This document shows positions 1 through 11,508 of a stretch of DNA of 64,000 nt, piece after piece. The stretch is from Dictyostelium discoideum (taxonomy: Eukaryota). Positions within the stretch are counted from its first letter, which is position 1. Every line of letters starts with the position of its first letter. The notes beneath the pieces were generated by a model. The model saw nothing but the letters and a program-made list of their open reading frames with translations, was not told where the DNA came from and ran no database searches. The translations under genes were made by a program, and so were the position numbers. The DNA is taken from the NCBI GenBank assembly GCA_000004695.1, contig CM000152.2, positions 2,400,001 through 2,464,000 on the forward strand. The letters run 5' to 3'.

Positions 1-1
1 A

Positions 2-394
2 AGCCTTCCTTCATTGGTAACTTTGGTCAAATTAGCCTCTTGTAAGAATCCTTCCAATGATGATATCTACAATGATGCTATGGATTTCATGGAAAAAGAG
101 TTTTTAGATCTCAAAGTTGGCGTTAATATCATACGTGATATCGATGGTACTCAACATGTTCTCCTCTCTGATAATGCTGGTATTATCAATGGTGAATTGG
201 TTCGTAATGGTTTGGTTAGTGTCGATCGTTCAACTAAATTACCCTCAATTCAACAACTTCAAGATGAAGAACAAAAAGCTAAATCAAAGAGATTAGGTGT
301 TTGGAGATTCGGTGATATCGATAGTGATGATGAAGATGATAAACCACGTTCAAATTTCAAAGGTAAAGGTGGTAAACCAATTTCAAAAAAATAA
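2..394 (+). CDS. C-terminal fragment of a Tudor-SN / staphylococcal-nuclease-domain protein (SND1-like). The 5' part lies left of the window
   Basis: The open frame runs from the window edge to TAA at 392-394. The C-terminus ...KAKSKRLGVWRFGDIDSDDEDD resembles the SN-like C-terminal end of SND1/p100 (R-L-N-x-W-R-Y-G-D followed by an acidic tail). The first in-frame ATG at 14 is probably internal. Confidence 0.55.
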   Translation, partial: SLPSLVTLVKLASCKNPSNDDIYNDAMDFMEKEFLDLKVGVNIIRDIDGTQHVLLSDNAGIINGELVRNGLVSVDRSTKLPSIQQLQDEEQKAKSKRLGVWRFGDIDSDDEDDKPRSNFKGKGGKPISKK

Positions 395-1059
395 TTATAA
401 TAATTTATAAATTTTCTTTTTATTTAAATAAATAAATAAATAAATAAAAAAGGATAAAAATAAAAATAAAAAGAATTAGCATATAAAAATAAAAAATAAA
501 AATAAAAAACAATTTTTTAAAATAAATAATAAATTCAAATAATTTGTTTAAATTAAAATGAAAAAAAAATAAAGGTTTTAAGACCTTCAAAGTAAATAAA
601 TTATAAATATAAAATAATTAGTTAGTATTTTATTAATTTTATATTTATTACTACATTTTATATTTATAATTTATTTGAAAAAAATAAAATTTTAAAAAAT
701 AAAATGATTACATTAATGTAATTCACCTAATTCTCTTAAAACTGATTTGTTTTAATTATTTTAAATTTTGATATTAATTTTTCTTCCATTTTCAATTAAA
801 ATCTAAAAAAAAATTTTATCGTTAGATATTTTCATTCTAGACTATTTTTTATTTTTATTTTTTTTTTTTTTTTTTTAATGTGATTATTGAAAATATCGAG
901 TGACCCAATATTGAATTTTCTGTGAAATTATTTTGTTTAAATTTTTCATCCTATTGGTAATTTTTTATAAAAAAAAAAAAAAAAATTATAATAATAAATA
1001 GAATATTTATAATAACTCCCATTAAATCTTTTAATTTTCGGGCATTTAAAATCCTAATT

Positions 1060-1089
<30 letters not shown>

Positions 1090-1096
<7 letters not shown>

Positions 1097-1215
1097 TGGA
1101 AAATATCAACTTCGCGCCATATTTGTAAGGAAATAAAAAAGCCTAAAAAAAAATTGTGGAAGATATCAACATCGCGCCATATCGAAAGGAAAATATAGAA
1201 GCGTAAAAAAAAGCC
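1090..1215. repeat. Two tandem copies, about 59 bp apart, of a GC-containing element (attgtggaaRatatcaacWtcgcgccatat) in the intergenic region upstream of the HMG-box gene
   Basis: Copy 1 is at about 1094-1122 and copy 2 at about 1153-1181, with 29/31 identity. Each copy is followed by gcctaaaaaaa. It is the only CG-rich sequence in an otherwise poly-A/T region. Confidence 0.7.
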
Positions 1216-1538
1216 TAAAAAAATAAGATCCCAGTAAAAAAAAAATAAAAAAAAAAAATAAAAAAAAAATAAAAAAAAAACAATTATTTTTTGATCGCTA
1301 AAAAAAAAAAAACAAATAAACAAATAAAAATAAATTAAAAAGGATTAAAAATTAATAATTTTCTCTTTTTGTGGTATTACCTTATTTATTTTTTTATTTT
1401 TTTTATTTTTATTTTTGTTTTTTTTTTAATTATTTTTTTAATTTTTTTTTTTTTGAATTTTTTTTTTTTTTGAATGCTTATTGTTTCAATTTAATAAAAT
1501 TCTTCAATAAAGATCTTCCCTCCTCTTCAAGAAACATA

Positions 1539-2075
1539 ATGAATGCGAACAATAGTAACAATAATATTAATAACAATAATCCATTTAGTAATAATATAAT
1601 ACAACCGATATCACAAATTGAGAACTTTCAATTACCAACCTCATTAACCAATGCCTTTGAAGAAGATACCGACAGTGACATGGCATTAGATAGTGATGAT
1701 GATTTTGATGACCTTGAAAATTATGACCTAAGTGATGATAATGATGATAATGATTACAATAATAATAATAATAATAATAATAGTAATAATAATGAAATAA
1801 ATGATGAAGATTCTGATAGCGATCAAAATAATTATAACAACAATTCAAATTCTAAATCAAAATTAAAATTATCAAAATCATCAACTGAACCAAAAGAAAA
1901 GAAACCACCAAATGCTTTCATTTTATTTACAATGGATAAAAGAAAAGAATTAAGAACAAATAATCCAGAATTAACAAATGCGATGGTTTCGTCATTACTT
2001 GGTAAAGAATGGAAAGAGTTACATCCAAGTGAAAAGAAGAAATATGTTGAAAAAGCAGCCACTTTTAAAAAATGA
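1539..2075 (+). CDS. HMG-box DNA-binding protein with an N-terminal Asn-rich and acidic region and a C-terminal HMG box
   Basis: ATG at 1539 is the first ATG after poly-A/T. The C-terminal KPPNAFILFTMDKRKELRTNNPELTNAMVSSLLGKEWKELHPSEKKKYVEKAATFKK is a canonical HMG box (KRP-x-SAY-x-F..., W-K-x-L-x-x-E-K-x-Y). Stop at 2073-2075. The longer ORF-track call from 1371 runs through poly-Phe from a T-tract and is rejected. Confidence 0.7.
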   Translation: MNANNSNNNINNNNPFSNNIIQPISQIENFQLPTSLTNAFEEDTDSDMALDSDDDFDDLENYDLSDDNDDNDYNNNNNNNNSNNNEINDEDSDSDQNNYNNNSNSKSKLKLSKSSTEPKEKKPPNAFILFTMDKRKELRTNNPELTNAMVSSLLGKEWKELHPSEKKKYVEKAATFKK

Positions 2076-2243
2076 TAATAAAATATTGGAAAAGGAAAAA
2101 GAAAAAAAAAAAAAAAAACCAAGTAAAATACTATAGTAAAAATAAAACAAAAACATGTGTACATAATATATCATATTTTATAAATATAAAGACTTTATTA
2201 TTATTATTTTATAATTTTTTTAATTTCTATTTTTTTATTTATT

Positions 2244-2279
<36 letters not shown>

Positions 2280-2322
2280 CAATTTTATTAAATTAATTAA
2301 AATAATTATTTGAATATATCTT

Positions 2323-3099
2323 TTATTTTGCAAATTTCTTTTTTCTTTCTTCAACTGATAATGATGATGAACCATTAGTAGTGTTAACAGCAGTAGTAGT
2401 TGATTTTGTTGGTGGTGAAGAAAGTCCGAATTTCTTTTTTCTATCAACAATTTCATTGACTGAACCATAGATTTCCTCTTTTTTATTAACATGAATTTTA
2501 GATTTTTGTACTTTCACTTTAGTTTCTGGTAGGGGTGGTGGTGATGTGATTGAAATTGGTGCAGTTCCAAATTTTAATAGTCTTTTTCTTTTCTCTTCTT
2601 CTAATGCTGCTGCTGTTGGTATTTTATTTTTTGATGATGGTGATGATGATGATGATGATGATGTTGTTGTTGTTGTTGTTGCACTTGTTGCTGATGCTGA
2701 TGCTGTTGCACCACCACCACCTTGTGTAAATTTATTTAATCTATGAATTCTTCTTTCTTCTTCTGTCATTGTTGATACATCTATATTATTTTCATTAGCA
2801 TTAGTTTGTGGTTTTGCTGCTGTTGCTGCAGTTGTATTTTGTGTTGGTGTGGTTGTTGTAGTGGTGGTTGTTGGTATATTAGTTTTTGTCGATTCATTTG
2901 CCACAACCGTTGATGTGGAATCTGTTTTTTGTGTTGTTGATGTAATTGATGATGGAGAGGATGTACCATTTTTATTTATATGTTCCAATAATCTAGTTTG
3001 TAACTCTGCTTTCTTTCCTTTTGTATCTAATCCAAAATTTGAGAGTTCCTTTTGTAACTCTTTAACATTCATTTTTTCAACGTCTTCTTTGCTTAACAT
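2323..3099 (-). CDS. SAP-domain protein, SARNP/CIP29/Tho1-like (mRNA export factor family)
   Basis: The N-terminal MLSKEDVEKMNVKELQKELSNFGLDTKGKKAELQTRLLEH is a textbook SAP motif. The C-terminal half has repeated E-E-R-x-x-R-x-x-K-F(G/T/A) motifs (ERRIHRLNKFTQ, EEKRKRLLKFG, EERKKKFAK) like the RAERFG repeats of SARNP/Tho1. Single exon. Confidence 0.7.
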   Translation of the reverse strand: MLSKEDVEKMNVKELQKELSNFGLDTKGKKAELQTRLLEHINKNGTSSPSSITSTTQKTDSTSTVVANESTKTNIPTTTTTTTTPTQNTTAATAAKPQTNANENNIDVSTMTEEERRIHRLNKFTQGGGGATASASATSATTTTTTSSSSSSSPSSKNKIPTAAALEEEKRKRLLKFGTAPISITSPPPLPETKVKVQKSKIHVNKKEEIYGSVNEIVDRKKKFGLSSPPTKSTTTAVNTTNGSSSLSVEERKKKFAK

Positions 3100-4401
3100 T
3101 TTATTTTATGATATATATATATATAAAAAATATATTTTTAAATATTTTAAAAAAAAAAAAGTAAAAAGTAAAAAGGGAAAAAAAAAAAAAAAAAACTATA
3201 AAGACCAAAAAAGGTGCTCTGTTAATTTCAAATTTTTTTATAAATTTTGAAAAAAAAAAAAATAAAAAAAAAAATAAAAAAATAAAATTAAAAAAAATAA
3301 AAAAAAAAAAAAAAAATTGTGAACTGGAAAAAAAAAAAAAAATGTGAACAATTCAGTTCATTTGGTAATTAATCTTTTTATTTTTTTATTTTTTTTTTTG
3401 AAAAAATTTTGGAATTAAACAACTCTAATAATAGTAATAATAAAAAATTCAAAAAAAAAAAAAAAAAAAAGAAAACATTCAATAAATCTAAAAAAAAAAA
3501 AAAAAAAAAAAAAAAATTAAAAAAAACTAAAAAAAAAAAAAAAATAATAAAAAAAAATAAAAATAAAAATAATAATAATAAATTAATAAAATAATAATAA
3601 TAAATTAATATAAATCTAATTCAAATAATTAAATCATTGATTTATCTCTTTTGGATCTAATATTTCGAATTTATTTTATTAAGTCTTTTAAAATAATTTT
3701 ATTTTGCAGTTAAAAAAAAAAGTTTTTTTGGATAACTGCAAAAAAAAAAATATAAAAAATAAAAAAAAAAAATTAAAAAAAAAAAATAAAAATAAAAAAA
3801 AGATTTAAATCCAAAATTTAAATTTTCTTTTCGAGATTCTTTTATTGATTTTTTTTCTTTTTTTTTTTTTTTCCAAACCAACACTTATTTTTGTGCTTAT
3901 TTTTTTTGACCGTTGAGATCTGAACAATTAATTTTTTTTTTTTTTTTTTTTGATTTTGTTTAGAAAAAATATTTTTTAAAATAATTTTTTTTATGATTTT
4001 GTTTAGAAAAAAAAAAAATAAAAATATTTTTTAAAAAAAAAAAAAATTAAAATATTTTTTTAAAAAAAAAAAAAAAGATATTTATAAAAAAAAAAAAAAA
4101 AAAAGTTTTAATTTTTTAAAGATACATATTGTTGTCAGTCCTTTGCCAACTTATTTTTCAAATTTAAATTTTCTTGATTATTCTCTCAGCAAGCCCCCAT
4201 TTTTTTTTTGTGAGTTTTGAAATTTTTCATTTTTTTTTTTTTTTTTTTTTTTAAAAAATTTAAACTGGTGATTATGCACCTTTTTTTCATTGCTTTTATG
4301 ATTTTATAGATATTTTCTTGTGCATAAAATCATGTTTTTTAATTATTACGAGTGGATCTAAAAAAAAAAAAAATTCAAAAAAAAAAAAAAAAAAAAGATA
4401 A

Positions 4402-4436
<35 letters not shown>

Positions 4437-4850
4437 ATTATTTTATTTATTTTTTTTTTTTTAAAATTTTTCCACTTTTCTTTTTTATTTTTAATTTTTT
4501 TTTTTTTTCTTTTTTCTTTAATTTTTTTACTTTGTATCGCAACGGAAGGTCAGTTTTATTATTTTTGTTATAAACATCAAAATTTTATTTTTTTAAATTT
4601 TTTTATTTTTATTTTTTAAAATTTTTTTTTTATTTCTTGTCTCATTTTTATTTTATAGTTTTTAAAAAAATTTTATCATTATCATTAAAAATCTTTTATC
4701 GATAAAATAAAATTTATTTTTTGAAAAAAAATAAAATTTTAATAATAAGGTAAATCATCGATCTTTGATTTTTTCTTTTTTTAGTTTTTGGACATCTATC
4801 CCCATTTTTAAATCTTTTATAAATTTAATTAATTTCAAATTTTTTTTTTT

Positions 4851-4884
<34 letters not shown>

Positions 4885-5180
4885 TCAATTAAAATATAGA
4901 TTTTTTTAAAAAAATCATTAAATTGTATGTATCTCTCACACCTTTTTTTTTTTTTTTTTTTTTTTTATTTTTATTTTTTTTTTTTCAATTTTCGGCGAAA
5001 TCGTAAAAACCAAATCACAAATGGTGATTGAAAAAAAAAATAAAAAAAAACAAATTAATTAATTTAAAATTTTTTTTTATTTTCTAAAATTTTTATTTTT
5101 TTTTTTTCTAAAAGGCAGAGCGAAGAAAAAAAAAAAAAAAAAAAAAAAAAACCCCCCGGAACCCCTAAAAAAAAAAAAAA

Positions 5181-5210
<30 letters not shown>

Positions 5211-5217
<7 letters not shown>

Positions 5218-5532
5218 ATCTCCCCGTCCCCAAAAAAAACGAAAATTTTTCAAATATCCCATTGTCAACAATTTCAATTACTGAAATAAAATCCAAAGAT
5301 ATTATCAATGACCTACAAGCTCAATCAGACAAATTAAGAGATGGATTTTCAAATATAAAAAAAGGACTTGGAGTTGAAAAAAACTTTAATATATTCCCCA
5401 GCAACACCACATTCTCAGAAAAAGTACTTTTCGCCAACAATTTAATTTATTTATTAAAATTAACTTGGAATTCGTTGGCAAAATTACAACATTATCAAAG
5501 TGACACTAATCCATTATTTTCAATTGATAATG

Positions 5533-5601
<69 letters not shown>

Positions 5602-6140
5602 GTAATGATGAAACCTCTATCTCTTGCCAATATCTTTCAATGTTTGAAGATTTAGATAATTTAAATCCAACTAAAGAAAATATGATTTTATTTACAAATA
5701 AATTAAAAGAAACTTTAAATAAGTTCATTCCAAAGAATCCAATCAACTATAAAATTATTATCGACCATCTCACTACTATGGATGATATTAATGCTGCAAA
5801 GACCCTCCCACCAGTTCCAAATACAAGTTTACATGAATTCGATCAACAATACCATATCATTGCATTCGATCAATCACTTAGAGTTTACTATAACAATATG
5901 TTTTATTCAAAATTATTAGGATTAAATCAATTTGATATTAAAAATAGTTTCAACTCTTTTAAATTAACATCACTTCAACAATCAATCACAAATTCCTTAA
6001 AATGGTTAGAATCAGAATTCAATCAAATTAATTTAAATAATAGTTTTAATCAAAAAAATTTATTGGGTATTTCAATTTGTAATAATTTGGGTAGAGAGTT
6101 AATTAACTTAAATGGACCTAATAAAACTCAATCAAATAAT

Positions 6141-6238
<98 letters not shown>

Positions 6239-9200
6239 TGGTGATAATAATAATAATAGATCAATTACATCACAAATACAAACACCACCAACAACACCAC
6301 AAAAGCAAACTATACCAACAACACCAACAACACCAACAACACCAACAACACCACAAACAAGACCTAGAACACCACCAACAACACCACAAACTAGATCTAG
6401 AACAACACCACCAACACCACCAACACCACCACAAACTAGATCTAGAACACCACCAACAACACCACCACCACAAACTAGATCTAGAACACCACCAACAACA
6501 CCACCACCACAAACTAGATCAAAAACAGCAACAATAACAACAACAACAACAACAACAACAACCACTAAAACACCACCAACAACACCACAAAAACAAACAC
6601 CAACCCCACAAAAACAAACACCACCAACCCCACAAAAACAAACACCACCAACAACACCACAAAAACAAAAAGCACCAACAACACCACAAAAACAAAAAGC
6701 ACCAACAACACCACAAAAACAAATAGCACCAACAACACCACAAAAACAAATAGCACCAACAACACCACAAAAACAAACAGCACCAACAACACCACAAAAA
6801 CAAACAGCACCAACAACACCACAAAAACAAACACCACAAAGAAAAACACCTAGAAAAAAGAAAACTCCACTAAGACCAATAATAAAAAAGAAAACTTTGG
6901 CAGAAATTATGGAAACAGAGAGACCAAAATTTGGTGAAACTGAAGATGACTTAATTCAAAATATACAACACACTGAAAGACCACCATCATTATCTTTATC
7001 ACTTCAAGGTAAACAATTACCAATTCCATTTAATTTAGATGAAGAAACTTTAAGTATTACTAGTAAACTTTCAAATTATTCCTTAAAATCACCAAATAGA
7101 AATAATTCAAATAATTCAAATAATAATAAAATAGATAAATCAAATGATACAATTAATAATAATAATAATACAAATAATATAAATAATATAAATGATAAAA
7201 ATAATAAGAGTAATAGTAATATTAAAAAAGTTGATAGTAAACCATTAAATAAGAGTGGTGATATTAGAAGCTTTTTCTCAAAAGTGAATAAAGATAGTTT
7301 AATTAGTAGTGCATCTAATGATAGTGACGATGAAATTCAACTTGTTAATATTAAAAGTCCAAATAAAAAGAGAACAAGAAGATCAGCTTTATTTGATGAT
7401 GATGATGATGATGATGATAATAATAATAATTTAAATGATATTGATAAAAGCACAAATGGCTTACTTGAAGTGAAGAGTGAAGATAGTGTAGAAATTTTAA
7501 ATAAACCATCAAGTGGTATTATTACTAGATCAAGAATCAATCAAAACTTAGATGAGTTTATGGAGAAAACTAAAGAAATTTCACCATCTCCTTCACCTAA
7601 AGCAAGTCCAAGTAAAGTTTCCAAATCTCCAACAAAATCAGTTAAACCATTTGAATTACCAAAACCAAATACTACTACTACAACCACCACAACTTCAAAT
7701 AATAAATCACCAAAGAAAAAGACAACAACCACTACAACTACAACTAGTAATTCAAATATAAAAGGATCAACACCAACTACTCCAAGTAAGAAATTAAGAA
7801 ATAGTTACGAGGATGATGATGATGATTATAATGAAGAAGATGATTTTTATTTTGAAGATAGATTTGATAATATAAATGATGAAGCAATAGCATCAGCATT
7901 GGCAGAGGATGAATTAGAAGAAGAGTTTTATCTTTCAAATTTCGAAGATAATAGTGAAAATAGCGAAGATGAAGATATGGAAGATATTGATCTTTCAGTA
8001 TTCAATCCAAAAGATGGTATACTTAACCTTCCACAACCAAAGAAAACAACAACTACAACAACTACAACAACAACAACAACAACAACAACAACAGGATCAA
8101 TGAATAGATTTAGTTTTAATGGTATGGCTGGTGGTGCAGATGATGATGATGACGACGACGATGATTATAATGATGACGATGATGATGAGTATCAAGGACC
8201 ACGTGATATTTCAGAACCGCATGTTGAATTGAATTCAAAAGATTCTAAAAAATCTGAAAAAGAAGATCATCTATTCAATATTCATAATAACTTTATAGAT
8301 GAATATCAAAAGATTCTCGCTGATGAACGTTTCTTTTCAAAGGATGACAATAATAATAATAATAATATCAATAGTAGTAAAATCAAAGCACTAGCAGAGA
8401 TTAAAACCCAAGTAGCACCAAAGAAAGGTGGAAAATGTAATTTTATGAACAACAATAGAGTAAATCCAGTTCCTCATAGAACACTTGATGAATTAAGAAA
8501 GAGAACAAGAATTCAAAGAGGTCAAACAGGTGAAGATTTATACAGAGAATTAGAGAATGAGAAAAACAAAACTCATGACAGTGATGATAGTGACGACAGT
8601 GACGACGATAGTGACGATGACCAAGTGGATGACAATGATAGTGAATTCAATGTTAAAGTTGTAAATGATAATAGATACTATGACAGAATCACAGCCATTG
8701 GTAATAATGCAGCTGTTGCACCAGCACCACCAAAAGATCCAGTGGTGGTACCACATCAAAAAGGTAAGAGAGTCAATTATTACAAGAGAATTACAATCAC
8801 TCCTCCTGGTCAACCAATGTCAATCATGGAGATGAAAGCTCTCAAATATATCGAGACTAGAAGAAAAGCAATAGCATTTGCAAGAAAGAAGAACCAAGAA
8901 TTGATCAATACACCATTCTTCACCAATATAACACAAGAGAATCCAGGTAGATACAATGCATTCGGTATCAATGAATATCAACTCAGAAGATTGGATTACT
9001 ATTGGGAAGTACTTCAAAGAAATGGTCTATTCACTCATGAATCTTTCCGTTATATTGCAAATGAATTGGGACTCAAATTTGAAACCATTCAAACCTGTCT
9101 CAAGAGTAGACGTGCAACTTATGCTGCTCATATCAACGAATTTCGTATTAATCATAAACCAATCACTTTAATGAGAAAAGATCAATTGGTTCATGAAATT

Positions 9201-9344
9201 CAAAAAAGAGGTGGTATTGCTTATATCTGTATTCCAAAATATACACTTCTCGATAGATTAAGAGATCTTTTAAAAAGAAATATTAATGCTGGCTCAACAA
9301 ATGTAACTTTAAATAATAGATTAGTTGCTGAATACACTCTTTGA
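5211..9344 (+). CDS. Large (1377 aa) low-complexity, probably nuclear protein with poly-Asn tracts, a Pro/Thr repeat array and acidic D/E runs. The C-terminal ~150 aa are a conserved-looking globular domain of unknown type (possibly HTH-like)
   Basis: Continuous ORF from ATG 5211, which follows a long poly-A tract, to TGA 9342-9344. The repeat array at 6290-6840 encodes (TPPTTPQTRSR)n and (PTTPQKQ[KTI]A)n. The C-terminus ...NAFGINEYQLRRLDYYWEVLQRNGLFTHESFRYIANELGLKFETIQTCLKSRRATYAA is non-repetitive. Confidence 0.6.
6290..6840 (+). repeat. Coding minisatellite: imperfect 27-33-nt units encoding Pro/Thr-rich repeats with about 20 S/T-P motifs, about 12 of them TPQK
   Basis: Direct reading: acaccacaaaaacaaa[ct]agcaccaacaac is repeated about 9 times at 6650-6830. 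accaccaccacaaactagatctagaacacc is repeated about 4 times at 6400-6510. Confidence 0.85.
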
Positions 9345-9347
9345 AAG

Positions 9348-9386
<39 letters not shown>

Positions 9387-9778
9387 AAAAAAAAAAAAAA
9401 ATAAAAAGTAATAATAAATAAATAATTAAATAATTAAAAAAAAAAAAAATAAAAAAAAAAAAAATAATAAATAAACTATTAAAAATTTATCACAATTAAA
9501 AAAATAAAACATTTTTAATTTAATTTTTTTTTATTTTATTTTATTTTATTTTATTTTATTATTTAATTTTACTATTAGGAATCAAAATTGGAAATATAAA
9601 ATCCTAATACTAAAATCAAAAAAAAAAAAATAAAATAAAATAAATAAACAATTACTATTATTTATTTATTTTATTTTATTTTATTTTTTTTATTTTTTTT
9701 TTATTTATTTTAAATTATTTAATTTTGATTGTTTTCAGGGGGGTGTGAAAATAATAAATAAATTCTAAAAATAGGAAT

Positions 9779-9824
<46 letters not shown>

Positions 9825-10612
9825 ACCACCTTTGGAAATTAATTTATTTATATCCACAAGAAATGATCATTTAAGTGGGAAGAAAAGTAAGAAATTCTGT
9901 TTATTTTTTTTTTTTTGTTTTTTTTTTTTTTTTTTTTTCTCAAAAATTTCCCAAAAAAAATAAAAAATAAAAAATAATAATAGTAATAATAATAATAATG
10001 ATAATAATTCCAAATACTAATTTATTTTGAGTATTGTTTTAATATTTTAACTACAAATATCTAAACGAAAAAAATTTAAATTTTAAAAATAAAAAAAAAA
10101 AAACTAACGAACATTTTTTTTTTTATTTTTTTGAATTTTTTTTTGCCGCTCTGAAAAAATTCAAATTCAAATTTTTTTTCGACGTTAAAAACAACTAATT
10201 TTTTTTTTCAAAAAGTAAAAATCCAAAATGAAAAAAAAATTGTGTGTGTTGTTTTACTTTAGTGCGAGAAAAATTTGAAAAATTTCAAAAAGTCAAAAAT
10301 ATTTAAAGTTTTTTTTTTTATTTCATTATTCTCCATATCACACAAAAACAGTTTAAAGTATAATTTTTAATGTAAGTCGACTTTTTTTTTTTTTTGATAA
10401 CAACTAAATTATACACTCTTTAATTTTATTACATTATTATTATTTAAATTTCTATATTAAAAAAAAAAAAAAAAAGAAAAAAATAATAAAAATTACAGTC
10501 ATATTTATATTTTTAAACCAAACAATTTATTAATATATAATTTTTTTTATTTATATATTTAAAAAATAAATAGTATTCATTACCAATTTTTTTCAATAAA
10601 TAAATTTTAAAA

Positions 10613-11077
10613 ATGTCAGAAACCAAACCAGCCTCATCCAAACCAGCCGCTGCTGCCAAACCAAAGAAAGTCATTCCACGTGTAAGCAGAACAGGTGAAC
10701 CAAAGAGCAAACCAGAATCACGTTCAGCTCGTGCCGGTATCACTTTCCCAGTATCTCGTGTTGATAGATTATTACGTGAAGGTAGATTCGCTCCACGTGT
10801 TGAAAGTACCGCACCAGTCTATTTAGCTGCCGTCCTTGAATATTTAGTATTTGAAATTTTAGAGTTAGCTCACAATACTTGTTCAATCAGTAAAAAGACC
10901 CGTATCACACCACAACACATCAACTGGGCCGTCGGTAATGATCTTGAATTAAATTCTCTCTTCCAACACGTTACCATCGCCTACGGTGGTGTTTTACCAA
11001 CTCCACAACAATCCACCGGTGAAAAGAAGAAGAAACCATCAAAGAAAGCAGCTGAAGGTTCATCTCAAATCTATTAA
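10613..11077 (+). CDS. H2AX: Histone H2A variant H2AX
   Basis: Histone H2A fold: [54 protein letters not shown]...[34 protein letters not shown]. The extended C-tail ends ...SSQIY, an SQ-x-hydrophobic motif as in H2AX. Lys/Ala/Pro-rich N-terminal extension. Single exon. Confidence 0.88.
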   Translation: MSETKPASSKPAAAAKPKKVIPRVSRTGEPKSKPESRSARAGITFPVSRVDRLLREGRFAPRVESTAPVYLAAVLEYLVFEILELAHNTCSISKKTRITPQHINWAVGNDLELNSLFQHVTIAYGGVLPTPQQSTGEKKKKPSKKAAEGSSQIY

Positions 11078-11088
11078 GGTGTTTTTTT

Positions 11089-11128
<40 letters not shown>

Positions 11129-11508
11129 CAAATGTACATAATAATCATTCCGCATATATAAAAAAAAAAAAAAAAATTGAATATCATAGTAAAATATCAT
11201 ATTTAATTTTTAAATAATTTAAGTATGTGTGTTGTTTATTTTATACAATTGATTAATAATAATATCAACTGTTTTTATAACAAAAGGTTTTTTTCAAAAC
11301 CACCACAAAAAAACAAATTTAAATTTCATAGCTTATATAAATATTCTATCTTTTTTTATTTTAAAATTAAAACTTGTAAAATTATCATTTTCACAAAAAA
11401 AAGAGGTAATACCACAAAAATTTTTAAAATATTTTTTTTTTATTTTTTTATTTTTTTTTTTTGAAAAGTTTCAATGTTTTATTTTTTTTAATTGTTAATT
11501 TAAATGTG

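Noticed and set aside
1371-1538. N-terminal extension of the HMG-box ORF (MVLPYLFFYFFYFYF...) and other poly-F/poly-Y/poly-K ORFs in intergenic regions (e.g. 1054..1323, 2072..2296, 3409..3594, 4352..4573, 16231..16527, 18164..18355, 19641..19823, 22211..22429, 22786..23022)
   Set aside because: These are translations of homopolymer and dinucleotide tracts (Tn, An, (TA)n) and are not genes. The ORF track also accepts TTG/GTG starts, which are not used in this eukaryote.
6112-6849. Multiple overlapping ORF-track calls on both strands (poly-Ile, poly-Val, W/C-rich, H/Q-rich peptides of 80-145 aa)
   Set aside because: They are alternative-frame and antisense readings of the (AAT)n and Pro/Thr repeat arrays inside the large gene 5211..9344. 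They have extreme single-residue composition and no start context.
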